From NCBI GenBank assembly GCA_965285935.1, contig OZ260664.1:19096001-19160000 (forward strand): DNA of 64,000 bases, read 5' to 3'. Position 1 is the first letter of the stretch. Every line of letters starts with the position of its first letter. The notes below the pieces were generated by a model. It was not told where the DNA came from, ran no database searches, and saw nothing but the letters and a program-made list of their open reading frames with translations. Source of the DNA: Ophelia neglecta (Eukaryota). Positions 12,101 through 27,100 of the stretch are shown piece by piece. The position numbers and the translations under genes are program-made.

Positions 12101-15100
12101 CCATGCACCATAATTCCACCCTCGGCCCCTTGAAGTGGACCCTCCTCTCCATGGGTCTCTTGTCCAATGAGAGAGATCGTTGGAGAGGAGCATCTACTTC
12201 AAGGGGCTTGGATAATGGTTCTAGTTTAGTTTTTAAGTAGCAGCGAGGGTCTCAGTTCTGTGGCCATCCCCTTGGTCCTCCACTAAACCCACCACTCAAA
12301 CATCCACACCCAGCCCCCTAAATCCCCCCCCCCCCTCCTTCCCCTCCTAAATCTATTCCTGGGTATATTTTCAAGTAACCAATGGACAATTCATCATTGT
12401 CAAGTTGTTGAAAACTTTAAATCGATGGTAATCAATATATGCTTTACATCTGTTCTGTTCTTGATATTTTTGTTTAAAATGTTAAATTTAATGACTACCA
12501 GATGAGTTAAGATTATGAGTTAACCATTACTGTATTTGGCTAGTTTGATAGGAATTAAGGGAAGTGGCCTATCCAGACAATGAACTGCGCAGTACCAAGT
12601 TTCAATATCATCTGAGCAGGAGATAGCCAATAAAGGTAAGATTTATAACTACAGGCAAAACTCTGTGTTTTGTTAGGAGAAGATAAGTATGTTTATAACT
12701 GATTTTTGTCACTGAAGACTGTTGTCAACTTTACAATGTGTATGGGGTCCACTGGCAGAGCTAGGAATTATAATAGTCTGGGGGTAGGCTTTCAGGTAGA
12801 AGTTGTGGACTGGGTGCCTGCTCCCGGAGGGCTGCCTAGGGTGTGGGTAGACCCAAGATACCCCTCACGGAGGAGCCACCCATCCCACACCATGTACAGG
12901 CTCCCTGGGCTTACTTAGGACTCGGGCTAAAGCCCCCCCCCTGCCTTGTGCCCCCCTCTGGATCCATCAGTATGCTGGTCTTTATTTGGACCACAAAACA
13001 ATTCAGCTGGTGTATTGTCATCCTGCTCATAACTACGGACCCCCCCTCATGTTTAAAGATCTTGTAATATTCATTTTGCATGAAAAACTAACAGTGTTTC
13101 TTGTTTTCATTCTCTGCACCTGTTTTTAAAAAGAGCACCATGAAATGACTAGAATAGTTAAGTGTCATAAAAGTGATACAAAAAAAGGCAGTTTAACATA
13201 AGCAATGGAAAATATGATTAAGAAATGTTTAGTTTTTCTTTTGCCAGCCCTAGTAAGATAATAACTCTCATGTGTACATGAACATGTGGCTATAAGGGAA
13301 GGTCGAATGTCGGCAAGTTTTACGTCAATATCAATGTCACTTAAAAAAACGCTCGTTTGGCGAAAAAAACCTTCAGTACAAATGAAGGATGTTGATTGGC
13401 TATGGGGTTTGGCTCCAGTATGATGGATGGGGCTGTCAAGAAAAAGTCACTTAAATGGTATGCAACAATTTAACCTATAAAAGTGGCGTTTTCATAGTCA
13501 AATTATGTCAGAGGATCTAAAACAGTAGGCAGTGTTTTCTTACCATAACGGTGATGTTTATACCATACTTTAGTCAATATTTTTGTTGGTGGCTCTCCCC
13601 GATTCAAAGACCCCACTTCATTCACAGACATGAACATGGTACAAGCCATCTATTAGTTTGCATCATTAAAAGACGCACAACATTATAACCATCAAAACAC
13701 TGCCATAAATTAATAAAACAGCAAAATTTCAGTCTAAAATGTCCCCTAGTTGGGCTATTACTGTATTTAATGCTGGCTGGGTTATGTCATCGGCCTGGGA
13801 TAGACCCCCACGGTTCTTGATCTTGATAAATTACCAACAGCAGCTCGCTTACATCATCAGCTATCAGAGCCCATTTTCAGGGGAGAACCCAGCCTATAAA
13901 TCACCATCAGTCACCCTCTAAAACTATTTAGGAACTGTCGAACAGTCCAAGACAGTTTTAGAGACAAAAAACACGGCTGTAGAAACTTTAATTCAAATTG
14001 TTCAACAGTTCACGCAGTAAAAGGGTCTGTCCTATGTAACGTCAGAGTGCAGGAGGCTATGAGATTTATCAGTTAAACCCAGGCACAATCAACGGGAGTT
14101 CTAACCAAACCAGTTTACATGAAGATACATCCGTTGTTGAACACAATTGCCACTTGTGAACACATCTTTGATCATAATATCTCACTCTGATTATATTAAC
14201 ATAGTCCTTGTGTGGTACTTAGACAGGCTGGGACGGATTACATACAGTCAGGAGACCCGGCACAGGTGTAGTCAAAAGATCTATCAATAAGCTACACTTA
14301 ATCATTTACCCCATAGCAGTATTTCTATTGTGTTTCATAAAGTTTTATCAAGGCGGCAAATTGAAAAGAAATTGATTTTTATTCAGGTTATAAGTCCCGG
14401 CAATTGCTGTTTTTAATAATATCCCCTCCCCAGTTGCAGCGGACCACATCCGACCTGCAATGTTACACCCTCTCCGACCTGCAATTTTACACCCTCTCAA
14501 AGTATTGTATGAAAACATCACCTTGAGAAAGTGCCAAGTTACATAGCTGTCTTAAAGCCACACATCATAAAGACATCATGATCTCCTTGTTAGAATCTCA
14601 ATACAAGGGCTGAGCTAGAATTCTCCAGAACGAAGGCAGGGGGTTGAATGGATGTTGCCTCCCAGAGTGGGGTCTAGGGGGGGGGGCTGTGAGAGACAAC
14701 CCGAGAGGGGGTGCATCTAGGGGCTGTGGGAGTGACATCCATCCCAGGGTGGGGTCTGTGGAACTGGGGGCCTTTGTGAGGGGACATCCATCCCATACTC
14801 AACATATTCTCTCTCCAGCAATTTGTTACAGGTAGGGGAGGGGGTCCTGGCCCCTCAGAACCCCCCCTAAAACCGCCACCATACACCTGAATAGCGTGTC
14901 TAAACATTTACCTTCCCTTCACATAAACTCGTATAATAAAACCGGGATCCTTGACCAGAATTCTCCGGGACCGTCTGCTACCTTCAGCTAACACCTTAAA
15001 CACACCCAACTCTCTTAGCTCTTCTGATACAACAACTCATCAGCAAAGCTCTAAAACGCTTTAACGGTAAAGTGCTGATGTCAAAACATTACTTAGAGCC

Positions 15101-18100
15101 AGCAGGCACAATTGGTCTTGTTTGAGTTACAACTAGTTAACGTGGTTCCTTCAGGCAGCACTTTGCTGAAGTAAATTGATAGGAACTAAATTGAAGTTTA
15201 ATAATTTCAATTCTAACCTAACATAAATGACTTTTTGCAGAAATGTGAAGAATTCAGATGAGCTGGTGTTGAACTCTTTGGCCCTAAGTTTCTTGCCAAA
15301 TGCTTCTTTTAAAATCTACATCAGTTCTATTCAGGTTTAGCCTTCTGCCTGCATTTGATTTCAGTAAAGAATGGAGTCAACGCTAATTCAAATACTAACC
15401 GTGGACTTTCCTTTGTATATAACAGAGAAATCAAAAAGCCTAGCACATTTATGGTGCCCATAACAGTTTTAATAAATATCGCTTTGAACCCCTCACTGGC
15501 AGAATAGCCTTGGGTAGTCCCAGAGCCAGTTTACTTGCCCCAGCCTTGGGTAGTCCCTGGGCTAGTTTACTTGCCCCAGTCTTGGGTAGTCCCAGGGTTA
15601 GTTTACTTGCCCCAGTCTTGGGTAGTCCCAGGGTTAGTTTACTTGCCCCAGTCTTGGGTAGTCCCAGGGTTAGTTTACTTGCCCCAGTCTTGGGTAGTCC
15701 CAGGGTTAGTTTCCTGGCCTCAGCTTGGGTAATCCCAGTTCTAGTTTCTTGGCCTCAACCTGGGTAGTCCCAGGGTCAGTTTCCCAGGCCCCAGCCTGGT
15801 AGACCAAGGGGCTAGTTTAGGGGTCTCTCTGTGGCCCATTGCCAGTTCCAGCATGTGGTAGCCATCTACCACACATCTAGATGGCCACTGGTGGACATTT
15901 AACTGACTGGATGGTTTTATCATGTTTACAAAGACAACCCAATATCCCACAGTCTATTACACAATGGAGATGAGAGGTAAACACATACACAGATAACAGA
16001 GAACTGGTACACTCGAGGCTATCTGTGGAAAATATCTATCATTTATAATTAGTTTTACCTTAAAACACACAAAAAATCAACCAAACTTTCTTCCATGGTA
16101 TTCTTTTTAGATAGATACATGGAGATCTGATTTTCTATATTCTGCTGATGACTGTCAGTAGTACTGGGACTACTTGCTCATTAGGGTAGGACACACTTGC
16201 CAAGTCAACACTGTTATCACATGGCAGGGAACTTCAAAGACATCATAACACAGACACTGCAGACAGACAACATGGAAAACTCGAGGGAAAACACTCACAC
16301 AGACAACACAGACAAACCATGTTAGTTATTATCTGAACATCCTCAGAGCTGTGACTCTGATAGGGGCCTGGTTCACCTATAAAAATATCACCAGCTACTC
16401 TGTGGTTAAAACCATACCATCTAATCAAGTCATGCACCCCATAGGACCCTACTTGTACCCAGTGTATGGCCTACACAAAGCTACAAGTACCCGGAATATA
16501 CAAGTCTATCTATCAAAAGACTGGCAGATACCTTCTGCAGCCAGATGGCAGCCCATTTTTTCAGCTTTTTTCAACCTTTTTTTTTCAACTTTAACAGAAA
16601 ACAGTGTGAAATTCAACCATTTAGTTCTTTCTAATTTTTTTCGTCAACTTTACTCAATTCAAAGTGTCACAGATTAAACCATCTCATTTCTGTATTCTTC
16701 CCGCGGGGACGGACGATGTGTACATTACACGACAAACAACTTCCTTTTAGTCAAATTTATATGAAAATCGGAGCATGTTTTTTCGTGTAGGTGCTTAACG
16801 TGTTTTCCGCACTTGATCGATGCTTGCCACCCATCTGGTACTACTTTCCCAGAGACACTGAAAGAATGCGTGAACTCTGTGCCGCCAACGACTTTATTAT
16901 CTTCAGCGGAAAACCCGCTAAGTGCTAATATACGATACAGACAAGTGCTCCATTTTTTTTGCTGGAATCATGTCTCTTTGTGCTGAGCGGATAATCCTTC
17001 ACAGATAGTATTCCAAGGAAAGATTAAAGACTTGTCGAAGGAAAACCACCCAGCAAATGTTATCTCTCCCCATGGCTTACCGAGGAAAATCCCTCAAACT
17101 CCCCCCACCCCTCACCCCCGAATGATTAATGGTCAATTTCAGCCGTACATGTGCCCTTGATTTGGAATCGTTGAGTAAAAAGTTGTTCAAAGTTGTTCAA
17201 AAGGGAGAAGTGCTGTCTTGTATCAGTGTTCTGGTTCTGGATCCTGCACATGGTAAATTTTACAAAACAGGAAATTTTTTGCATATTATTTGAATAATAC
17301 TGATTATAGAGAAAGCTGAGAAAATTTGTAGCTCGCAATATCCGTATTTACAGATTAAAGCCATCAAATTAACTGAGTAGAAAAAGGTGATGGCGGATAG
17401 TACCTGCTCTGTTTTCACCCTTTTTTACCCTGTTGATCAGCACCAAAATCCTTCAGAAGTATCTTGTTCATATCATCTGCTTTTTAAATCTGAGTTTAAA
17501 CCCAAATTAGATCCCAAAACATTATAGATACAGGCTCTGATGTTAACCCAGGCTGAATTGGTGAAGATGGGGTGCAATTATCATCCATGATGGTGTCTGG
17601 AGAACATTTGTGAGAAGGGGGGCAGGAAGGGTTAAAACAACTCTGACAGCCAGCCCCTGGGGGGCTATCAGTACCCCCCTGTGGGGGGGGGGGTACTGGC
17701 ACATGGTGCCCAGTGCACACCCTTAATTCAAAATGTCTACTTTTCTATCAACCATAGCAGGACTGTTGCAAATTTAATTCTCTACAACTTAATTGTTCTT
17801 GCAATATCTACAACCATTTTTCTTGAAAATGTTAGACTATATTTTCCTGAGAAATGCTGCCTTCATGAGAATTGCTGTTAATGATTCAATGATACATTTC
17901 TGTGTTCCTCTGTGTCTGTAGTAATTGTGTCTTAGCCTGTTATAGGCCACCTGGCCTGGGGTCAGCACCCCAGGCTCTGGGGTCATCATCCCCGGTTGGA
18001 GGTCACCAGGAAGTTCAGCACCCTTGGGTATGATAAAGTAGGGACAGCCTGGCAGATAGCTTCTCTTCTTGTCTGCTCACAACTCATTTAGTCATTTGTT

Positions 18101-21100
18101 GACAACTTTCAGCCAATATGTCACTCGGGGACCACATGTTTATAATAACCTTATCATAACTTATATATAAAACTGTCACCACGGTTTTCTACAAATCATA
18201 ATTAAACACACATGGCAATGATTCTAAGGAAACCTGGTTTAAATGACGTCTGCCATCTAATTATAAGTAATAGTTTCATAGAAAGACGAAGCCGGCCTAC
18301 AGACAGGCAAATTAAAAAACTCACCAGACAGATAAATTCATACCTTTTGACTTTATCGTCATGCTTTCCAACAGAAGTTTTCTATTCAAAAGGCTAAGAG
18401 GGGGTGGGAAAATTGAAACTCAAGATAAAAAATTGCTAGCAAGGGATGCTAAATATTATCTATATTATGTATATTATGTAGAGGCAGAAGGGTGTCATAA
18501 CTATGCCTGCCCCCATCCTTAAACTAGACATGATTTTAGCACTTTTTACCATGAATCATGATGTGATTCAGACTGAAGATGCTGGGGGAGCAGACGGGGT
18601 GCTGAGAGGGGGTCTTGTAGGATGCCTAACCCCTGATCTTAGAGCCGCTCAGACCCCTACTTAACTCAGACGTGGCTGGGAGAGCTGGCGGGGATGATTC
18701 ATCCCCACTCCAGGGGATTTAGGGGCGGAGACACAGGGACTTGAGATATCCCTTCATAAGAGCTACTAGAGGGTGTGGGATGGGTGTCTTGTACCAGGCG
18801 GGGGTCTGGAGGCTAAGGACCAAGCTCCCCTTCCTATAGCCCCAGAACCCTCTTCTGGTACAAAACACCCATCCCACACCCTTCACCAGAAAGCTTACCA
18901 TGTTCCTATCCTAGCAAATCCCTGGTAAATCATGAAAATGATGTTACACAAACCTGCAGCAGATAAATCACCACAGAAGAAAGCTGAGTTTTATGTGATA
19001 ACATTAGAGCACCCCCTAAAAACCATGATTTATGCTAACCATCACATAAAAACCAGATTAGAACCAGACTTGTGACCAAAGAGAACATTTCGCCTCAATA
19101 TGATACCTGGTTATTTTTATTCATATTCATTCCCGCCTGTCATATATTTGCTGGAGCCATCCTGGGCCTTTCTTCAGCTGTAAACCTGAGAATCTGGACA
19201 AAATAATTACACATGAAATGGATGGAATTTTCCAAAGGGCGCCTATGTTTTTTGAAACTCTTTTTTTCTGCATACTTAATATTTCATTTTGTATGATATT
19301 TTTCTAATTCTCTTCTACCCCCTCAGATTCTCCCAATATTTCCAAGCTCCAATTTAAACCATCTTGCCCTGGCAGTAGACCCTCCTGCCCTGGCTGTAGA
19401 CCTCTACTAGAGAGTGTTTGGTAGACAGGGAGGAGATTACAGGTCTGAGACTGATTACCTGATCACCCTCCCTCTGCTTGTTTCCTATAATGCCTAGACC
19501 CAGTACACCTGTTGGTGGGACCTACCTGCTTGTCTCGGCTCCCCTACAATAAACAATATAAATAGCCAGTCCCTTTTCCCCCCACTCCTGCTGAGAAGTC
19601 AGGGAAGTTTAGGAGAACCAGCTCCGAGACAACAAAACAAAGCTAGGAGATGGCGCTGCCTCCTTAAAACATGAACATAGTGGTGTCTGGCAGAGTTAAT
19701 ATCTATCATTGCTTATCTCTGAATATCCACAAGAGAACTGTGAGTGTACACGGCCCTCCTTGGAACAGGAGGGACACTTTCTGGAAAAGGAGGCCTCTTT
19801 GTAAGTGTACAAGGGCCCCTGAAACAGCAGGGCCTTTTTAGATAATGATCTACTGGCCTACCTTATATTTTACATTAAGCTATAAATGTTTTTTTTTAAA
19901 ACTTGTTGGTTTTAAAATTCCATTCTCCGACCCTGGCAGAGTGGCCACCTGACAGAAAGACGGCCCCATTTTAACCCTTGCTCTGCCAGAGAATTGGCAG
20001 CTACCACATACTGTCTGACCAGCTACACAATCTAAACAGATTTGACACCAAACTGACTGGATTTCATGTTCAAATTAGTTAGCTCAGGCAAGTTTTCTAG
20101 GGTCAATTGATCAGCCAATGGAAACTGTCGTATCCCACTGATTATTTCAGTCAAAATAGCCGGGTGAACTGATTACGCTGTCAGAATACCTGAGGTGTGG
20201 GTACGGGCCGAGCTGGGGTAGATTTAACTTGACATTTACTGGGGAGTTGATCTACAGGACTCGTGCGTGCCGAGACGGCAGTCAATCTGAGACTAAACAC
20301 CGGCCATATCATACACAAAACTGGGCCAGAAGGAGGGAAATCACCAGAACCAATAAAAACATTTATAATAATCACTTATTAATCAAATACTAGAAGACGT
20401 ACAAGACCTGCAAGTAGTAAAATCACAGACTATACCTAACACTCATACACCCAGGGGCACTTGAAAGGGTAATCACAAGTAGTATAAAATAAATAAACTT
20501 AATGAGCATAGAAATGTCATGACTAGTTTTACAAAGGATTGGCAGCATTGGGCTATTATACATATAGGCCATTACAAGTCTACCTGGCCTTATTATAGCT
20601 ACAAAGCTCAACCATAGCCAATCCAGCCAATCTCCAGAGTCTTGTGAACTTTAAAGTCAGGCCATTATGATGAGAATCCAGTCTTGTTTGGGTTGGGATT
20701 TACCAAATGAATATTCTATAGAGCGTCAGTGTACGTACGGCAAGTTGACTACCTTTGAACACTTTGAGAAAGCCGAGACCTGATTCAAGTGAGAGTGAAT
20801 GCACTCCAGAACAACTAGCTCCAGCTTTCTATACCAGTATTAAGGTACTCTATACAAAGTAAATTATTTACAATATCATTTACTATGTACACAGGAATGA
20901 GGGGTGTTAAAGAGTTCCCACTTCACTGACATGATATACTCTGATCTATACCCCCTGCTGCTTGTATCAAAATCCTATAAAACTTAGTTAGTTCCACTCA
21001 GAACACAAAGACAGCCCCATATTGACACGGTTATAACCTTCCTTCTATAAGCCGAAAACCAGGGGAAGAAAACTGAAAGAAACGTAGCAATATAAATTAT

Positions 21101-24100
21101 GTTCAAATTATAATATAAAATCGGAGACTTTCTCAGAGGCTTAAATATTAGATCCAATCAGAGACTTCAATGCCTGGAGACTTTCCCAATGATACAAGCT
21201 AACTACTCTCACAATCTAATTCGCTGTGCTAACATCGAAGATTTTTTCATTGCTATGGATACGACCTTTAAGGTCAGGGATCATGGTGAGTTGTCACGGT
21301 CCCTTGCCCGAGAAAACTGCCAAGTTGTGTGAAGACTTAATTTTTTGCGAGTCTATCACAATCTTTCATCTTTGTGTCGTTGGAGTTGGCAAGTAGGGAC
21401 AATTTTCCCCCACCGGTACAAATTATGTCACAATTAGGCTGCCAATGGCGTGCTCGCCAATACTCGGTAATCGTATCAAGACACCTTTATGGCCATCTTG
21501 TGCTCTTTTTTTACTTAGAATTTATTATACATTCACATCCTTCGAGTACGCGGCAAAGACGTCTCAATGGTATTGGAATGAAACCAAGACTACTTTGTAT
21601 GTCTTATATCGGTAAATAGGGGAGGCATGCATTGCAGACTTGATCATAAAACTTGTTTATTCTGTCACGTAATAAATTTTTTGTATGAAAATTGACATTC
21701 AAGCCTTGACGTCTTTGTCCCTGGGTATCAGCCTTTCAGAACACGCAACCTAGAGGTGGCAGGATGGGGGTCGGGTCACATTTCACACAAAATAATTTAG
21801 GGCATTCACATTTCACAAACACCTTAATAAATCCTTCAAATTCCATGTTAAATTAATAAAATGTCAGTTGACATTCACCCAAAATAACAGCTCCTTTCAT
21901 GATCCATGCCAAGTGAAATTGGGCATTTGTGCATTACAAAAATAGCCCTTCAGCCCCCTTAACCTAGTTAAGACCTACTTAGACGTTTCCTTACAGAACC
22001 CACATACTTGTAAACAGTAATCAGTAGTATTTGACAGCCTTTTCCTTCCTTCTCCGGACATTTCTCCTATACTGTAAACACAAGAGCCCGGTTTTATTGG
22101 AGACACGGTTTCTCCTTCTTTGTAGACACCATAAAGTTCTGTTTGACTGACGATTCCTTGTTTTTGCCGTAGATTCGTCATTTTTCATACGCAATGCATT
22201 GTTTTAAATTCTATTTGACAGACAAATTTTGCTTTATTTCACACAGTGTAGTTTTATTAGACGGGAGATAACTTGTTGTCTGACTATTTCACGTTTTCTC
22301 GTTGTGTCATACTGTGTATGGTTAAGTTGTCAGACGACTTTCCTTCACTGGGTGGCACGGACAAAGTTATCATAGCGGGGACAGCTTCCGAGAGAAATGG
22401 CCGGCAGCGATGTACAGAGCAGCAGACACAAACTCCAGCAGCACTGAGGCACTTCAGATAGGGTATACACCACTAAAACTTTGACTAAACTGAGTGGTTG
22501 AAGACACATGTAGGCCTGAAGGCATGAGCCTCCATGTCAAATGTTAGCCAGAGTCACCTCCATACACCAACACAGGCGATTTTATGTGAGAAATGTGTAA
22601 TTCTAGTTCATTCATCGTCTGGTTTTGATTTCGGCTTGAGAGGGTTACGTTCACCTGACACCGGGTAAATATTGCAAAAACCACGGCTGGCTGCTCGGGT
22701 AATACGCAGGAATCAAACAAGATTTATCAAATGATTATAACACTGTAAATTTCCTTAAAAAATGCAGAGTTCTTAGGTCGCTTTATGTGGGGTAGATAGC
22801 AAGTTTTTTGGGTCAATTTCAATATGTATCATTACTTTGGCAACTTTAGCCTTATATCAGCAAAGAACTTAATTTTAAACCCCAAGATGCCATTTTCCAC
22901 AAGTATTATGAAGAGATTTAAGGAGGCAGCAGTTCAGAACAGGGATTCTACATAACAATAACATCTCAACAAAAAACAAAGACGTCTAAAAACAACTAAA
23001 TATCTGGTTTTAACTTCTGATAGGATTCCTCCTTTTTTCAGTGATCATTATGCCTATAGCTGCCCTTGCCCAAGTGGTTAGTGTCATACCACGTCCTAGC
23101 AGGAGGACCAGACCTGGTTCACGTGTGGTACCATATTTACCACTATTTACAGTAGTTCGCCTGCAGGGCAGTGCTTTCACACCCGTCTGCCCAGACACGA
23201 GGCCAGTCGCCCAGTCCGCCCAGTCCGCCCCGGTCCCTCCTGACCTGTATTTCACGTTCCATGCCTGCCTTGCACACAGTCAGACTGTTTATTTTCATGC
23301 CAGCTCTAATTAAACTGAACAATATCAGTACTATTTGCCCAACAATTTTCTGCACGATCCCTCCCAAAACAAATCAAACTAATAGAATATATTGCTGGCT
23401 GGTTACATAATTCATGAGAATAAAGATTGTACACAGTACACAACATTCATAAGAGCATGGTTATTCAAATATTGCATATATACACTCTTGAAAACTACTT
23501 ATATTTTGTCTACACAGTAATATTTGACTTACGGCCATTCCCTTTAAGAAATAGAGGTCAAATTTCTTAAACCACTGATGAATTCCTACCAAATAATAAC
23601 TGTTTAACTCATTTATATTCAATGATGATTGATAAAAATCAATATGACAAACAAGACAAATATATTTCAATTTCCGTTTCCTTATATCTCTATCTTGTAA
23701 TCCCTGGAGCCTGTAAACATACGTTGTGATCAGGTGTCCCCCTGTAATGATGGTCCTCCACCCTTATCAGACAGCTGTGGGACCCATTCGAGGGAGCCCT
23801 GGGGTGACGGGAGGGCTCTGGGGTGACGACCTTAGGTCAAGCCCCAGTGGACACTCCATAGAGGGCCCCAGCCCTGAGTGACCGGCCCTCCCACTAATTG
23901 ACTTAATTATTTCGGGGTCCAGATATCACATCTAGTTATGATTATGGTTGACAGGCGTTTGGATTTCAATCTAGCCTGACTGCCCGGGGATACGACTGTG
24001 TGCTATGGTTCCTTAGACAAGAGGTAGGAGTCTGGGTAGGGAGGGGGCAGGGAGGTGTGGAATGGTACCGACACCAACACAAAGGCTGTCACGAGACACC

Positions 24101-27100
24101 ACAGTCCAGCAGCACACTGGACAGATCAAAACACTGACCTCTAGTGGTCAAAAGGTTATGACATGCTGGCAAATATCTAAGGAAAATACCTTCAGCATGT
24201 TCTTAACAGCAATTATCCCATTCCAAACTGTGGGATATTTGAGAACATTTATCATTATAATATACATGGCTGTCAATTTGGCCTCTCTTTCATCTCATCT
24301 GAGATCATCAGAATCTCAGAAGATGATATTAACATTTGACTTTACCACTTACGCTGGGCCCCGAATCTACACAACTTTGTAAAAAGTGAGAGAGGGCACC
24401 GGGCGCCCGCGTAACTTAACTCCGGACATATTTGTAATGGCAGTGACAAATTGGGCACTAGATACCACAGACATCTCTATTACACTCCCAAACCCCGCAC
24501 ATTCCTCCAACATGAAAACAGAGCTGGTGCATTTCATAACAAAGTCCCCACTTCAGAGGCTACAGACTCCCAGTCACAAGTCTGCAGCCAAACCTAACAT
24601 GTCTGCTTGTACGTGTTTCCAGGTGATATTTATCGTAGTTAACCTCTGGGTACAAAGACTAGCCACTCTGTGACGTTCTTCTGGTCTGTTGGCAGGATTT
24701 ACAATGACCAGGCTGCCATCAGCGGCCAGAACCTGGCCATGCGTGGCCTTCGCCCAGAATCCGGCCATGCGTGCCCCTTGGGCCTTACTTTCAGGGTCGC
24801 GAGGCATGTCTTATAGCTACTGACCACACAATAACAAGTCCATGAAGATCCAGTGATGGCTAGCCAGATTACTTAGAGATTTTCTTCACATAGTTGTGAA
24901 TCTATTGCCAGTAAGGAGAGTTCTTTGGAAACTTCCCTGGCTGATACAAAATACAATACTGATATTAAAAAGGATCTACTTATGACATATGACATATATG
25001 TAAAAATACATAAATGTGAATGATGGGGCGATGGGCAGATATAGGAAGACACTAAGGTATTTCTTGTAGTTATTCAACTGTGGACCTTTACTGGGTTAGA
25101 TGTATTGTGGTAACATAACTGGACTGAATTAGATGTATTGTGGTAACATAACTGGACTGGGTCATATGTATTGTGGTAACATAACTGGACTGGGTCAGAT
25201 GTATTGTGGTAACGTAACCACCAAATATTAACTGCGGCAGTAATATGTTTATTATCCCTTTTGAGGTAATACTTGTGTGTTTCAATGTATCTCAGGGTGT
25301 GGCTATATTTTGCAGATGACATGTTAAAATACTTGAGTGATTATTCATAATAGGAACTTAATTCACTGTGAGGTGGATCATCTAACCAAATGGTGATATG
25401 TTATAGGTATAAAGGAGTGACTCACCGGAATCATGAGCTATGACTACCAGGTCATATTCAGCCTGATGCTCCCTGTCAAGGGACTGCAAGGCAGTGATCT
25501 CTCCAGTAGTACGATTTATCTGGAACAATGACTGGTCCCCTTGCTGGATCGAGTAGGACAGGGAGGCATATGACTCTGAATCGTCATCTCTTGCGGTCAG
25601 TTGTAGAACGTGAACGGGGAGATTGGTAACGTGCTCCTGGACGTAAGCAGTATAGGGGCTGTCCACAAACACTGGGGCACAATCGTTGACGTCTTCCACC
25701 GTGATGGTGACGGTCGCTGTGTCTGATCTAGGTGGCTCGCCCAGGTCCTGAGCTGCTATCACAATCTGATATTCCTGTTTGCGTTCGTAATCCAGACTTT
25801 TCTGTACGTACACTTCCCCAGTGTGCGAGTTGACGTAGAAATCTTGGTTATCGTCACCAGAGATGGTGAGATATCGTATCTCAGCGTTCAAGCCTAGATC
25901 GTTATCCAATGCAAAGAGAGTTAACAAACTTGTCCCCACGCGTATATCCTCGGCGACTGTTGTAGAGTAGGATTTAGGGTCAAAGGTCGGGGTTTCATCA
26001 TTAACATCTGCTACATGGACGGTCAAGGTCACTTCAGTTGACCTTGGAGGGAGGCCCTTATCTGCTACTACTACTACCAGGGTGTAGGTGTCCTGTACCT
26101 CCCTATCCAGACGCCGGCGGACCACGAGCATGCCGTCCACGGCGCCCAGGGTAAAGACATCGGTGTCGCCACCTGTGAGACGGTAATCCAGTATGGCGTT
26201 ACGACCCTCGTCAGCGTCCTTGGCTTGGAAGTCGAACACGGCGGTCCCCGGGGCGGTGTTCTCCTGGACGGAGATCTCCAGGGGGGAAGTGAACACAGGA
26301 GCATTGTCATTGGCATCCTTCAGGAGTACAGACACCTGGGGAGAGAGCACCCTCACAGATATAACAGAAATACAGAGAAATTACATGAAAAACACACATT
26401 TATTAAAAAATGGCCATGAAAAAAATACTTAAAACATACAGAATTTATTATAAAAACAGTTAAAGTTATCTATTAATTTACCTCGAACGTTTGAAAAAAT
26501 AATTAGCATAATAATAAATTATGAATGATAAAGGCTGCATGGTGGCCCTACCAGAGCTGTGCTGGAGAGCCTGTGGCTGGGGTTGAGGGCCTGGTCGACT
26601 GCCCGTATGGCCAGGCTGTAGTAGGCCTGGGCCTCCCGGTCCAGAGGCCTAGATACCAGGATCACCCCTGTACTCGACTCTATGCTAAACTGGTTGTGGA
26701 CATCTCCCCCTATTATACTATACACAACATCGCCATTCACCCCTAGAATATAACATATACATCATATTAATATAGCACTATCATGAAATAGCATTCATAC
26801 TTTAAATAGTCTTCTTACAATTAGTCATCACAAGACTTGATGAAAGAATATATACAAGTTACTGGCCTGTATGGAAATGACAAGGGGACAATTATCAAAT
26901 TAATAGACCAAGAAGATACAGAGACAATTTTCAGGGCATTTTTTAAAATAAAATGTGACATAAACACAATCACAAGTTGACAATGTTATTATCTTATACT
27001 TTTATCAATACATCATACCCAACAAGAGCATATTAACATCTTTATTTTAGTGTGATGCCTCAAAAGCTGATATTTTAACTTCATTATTATCAGATGAAAT

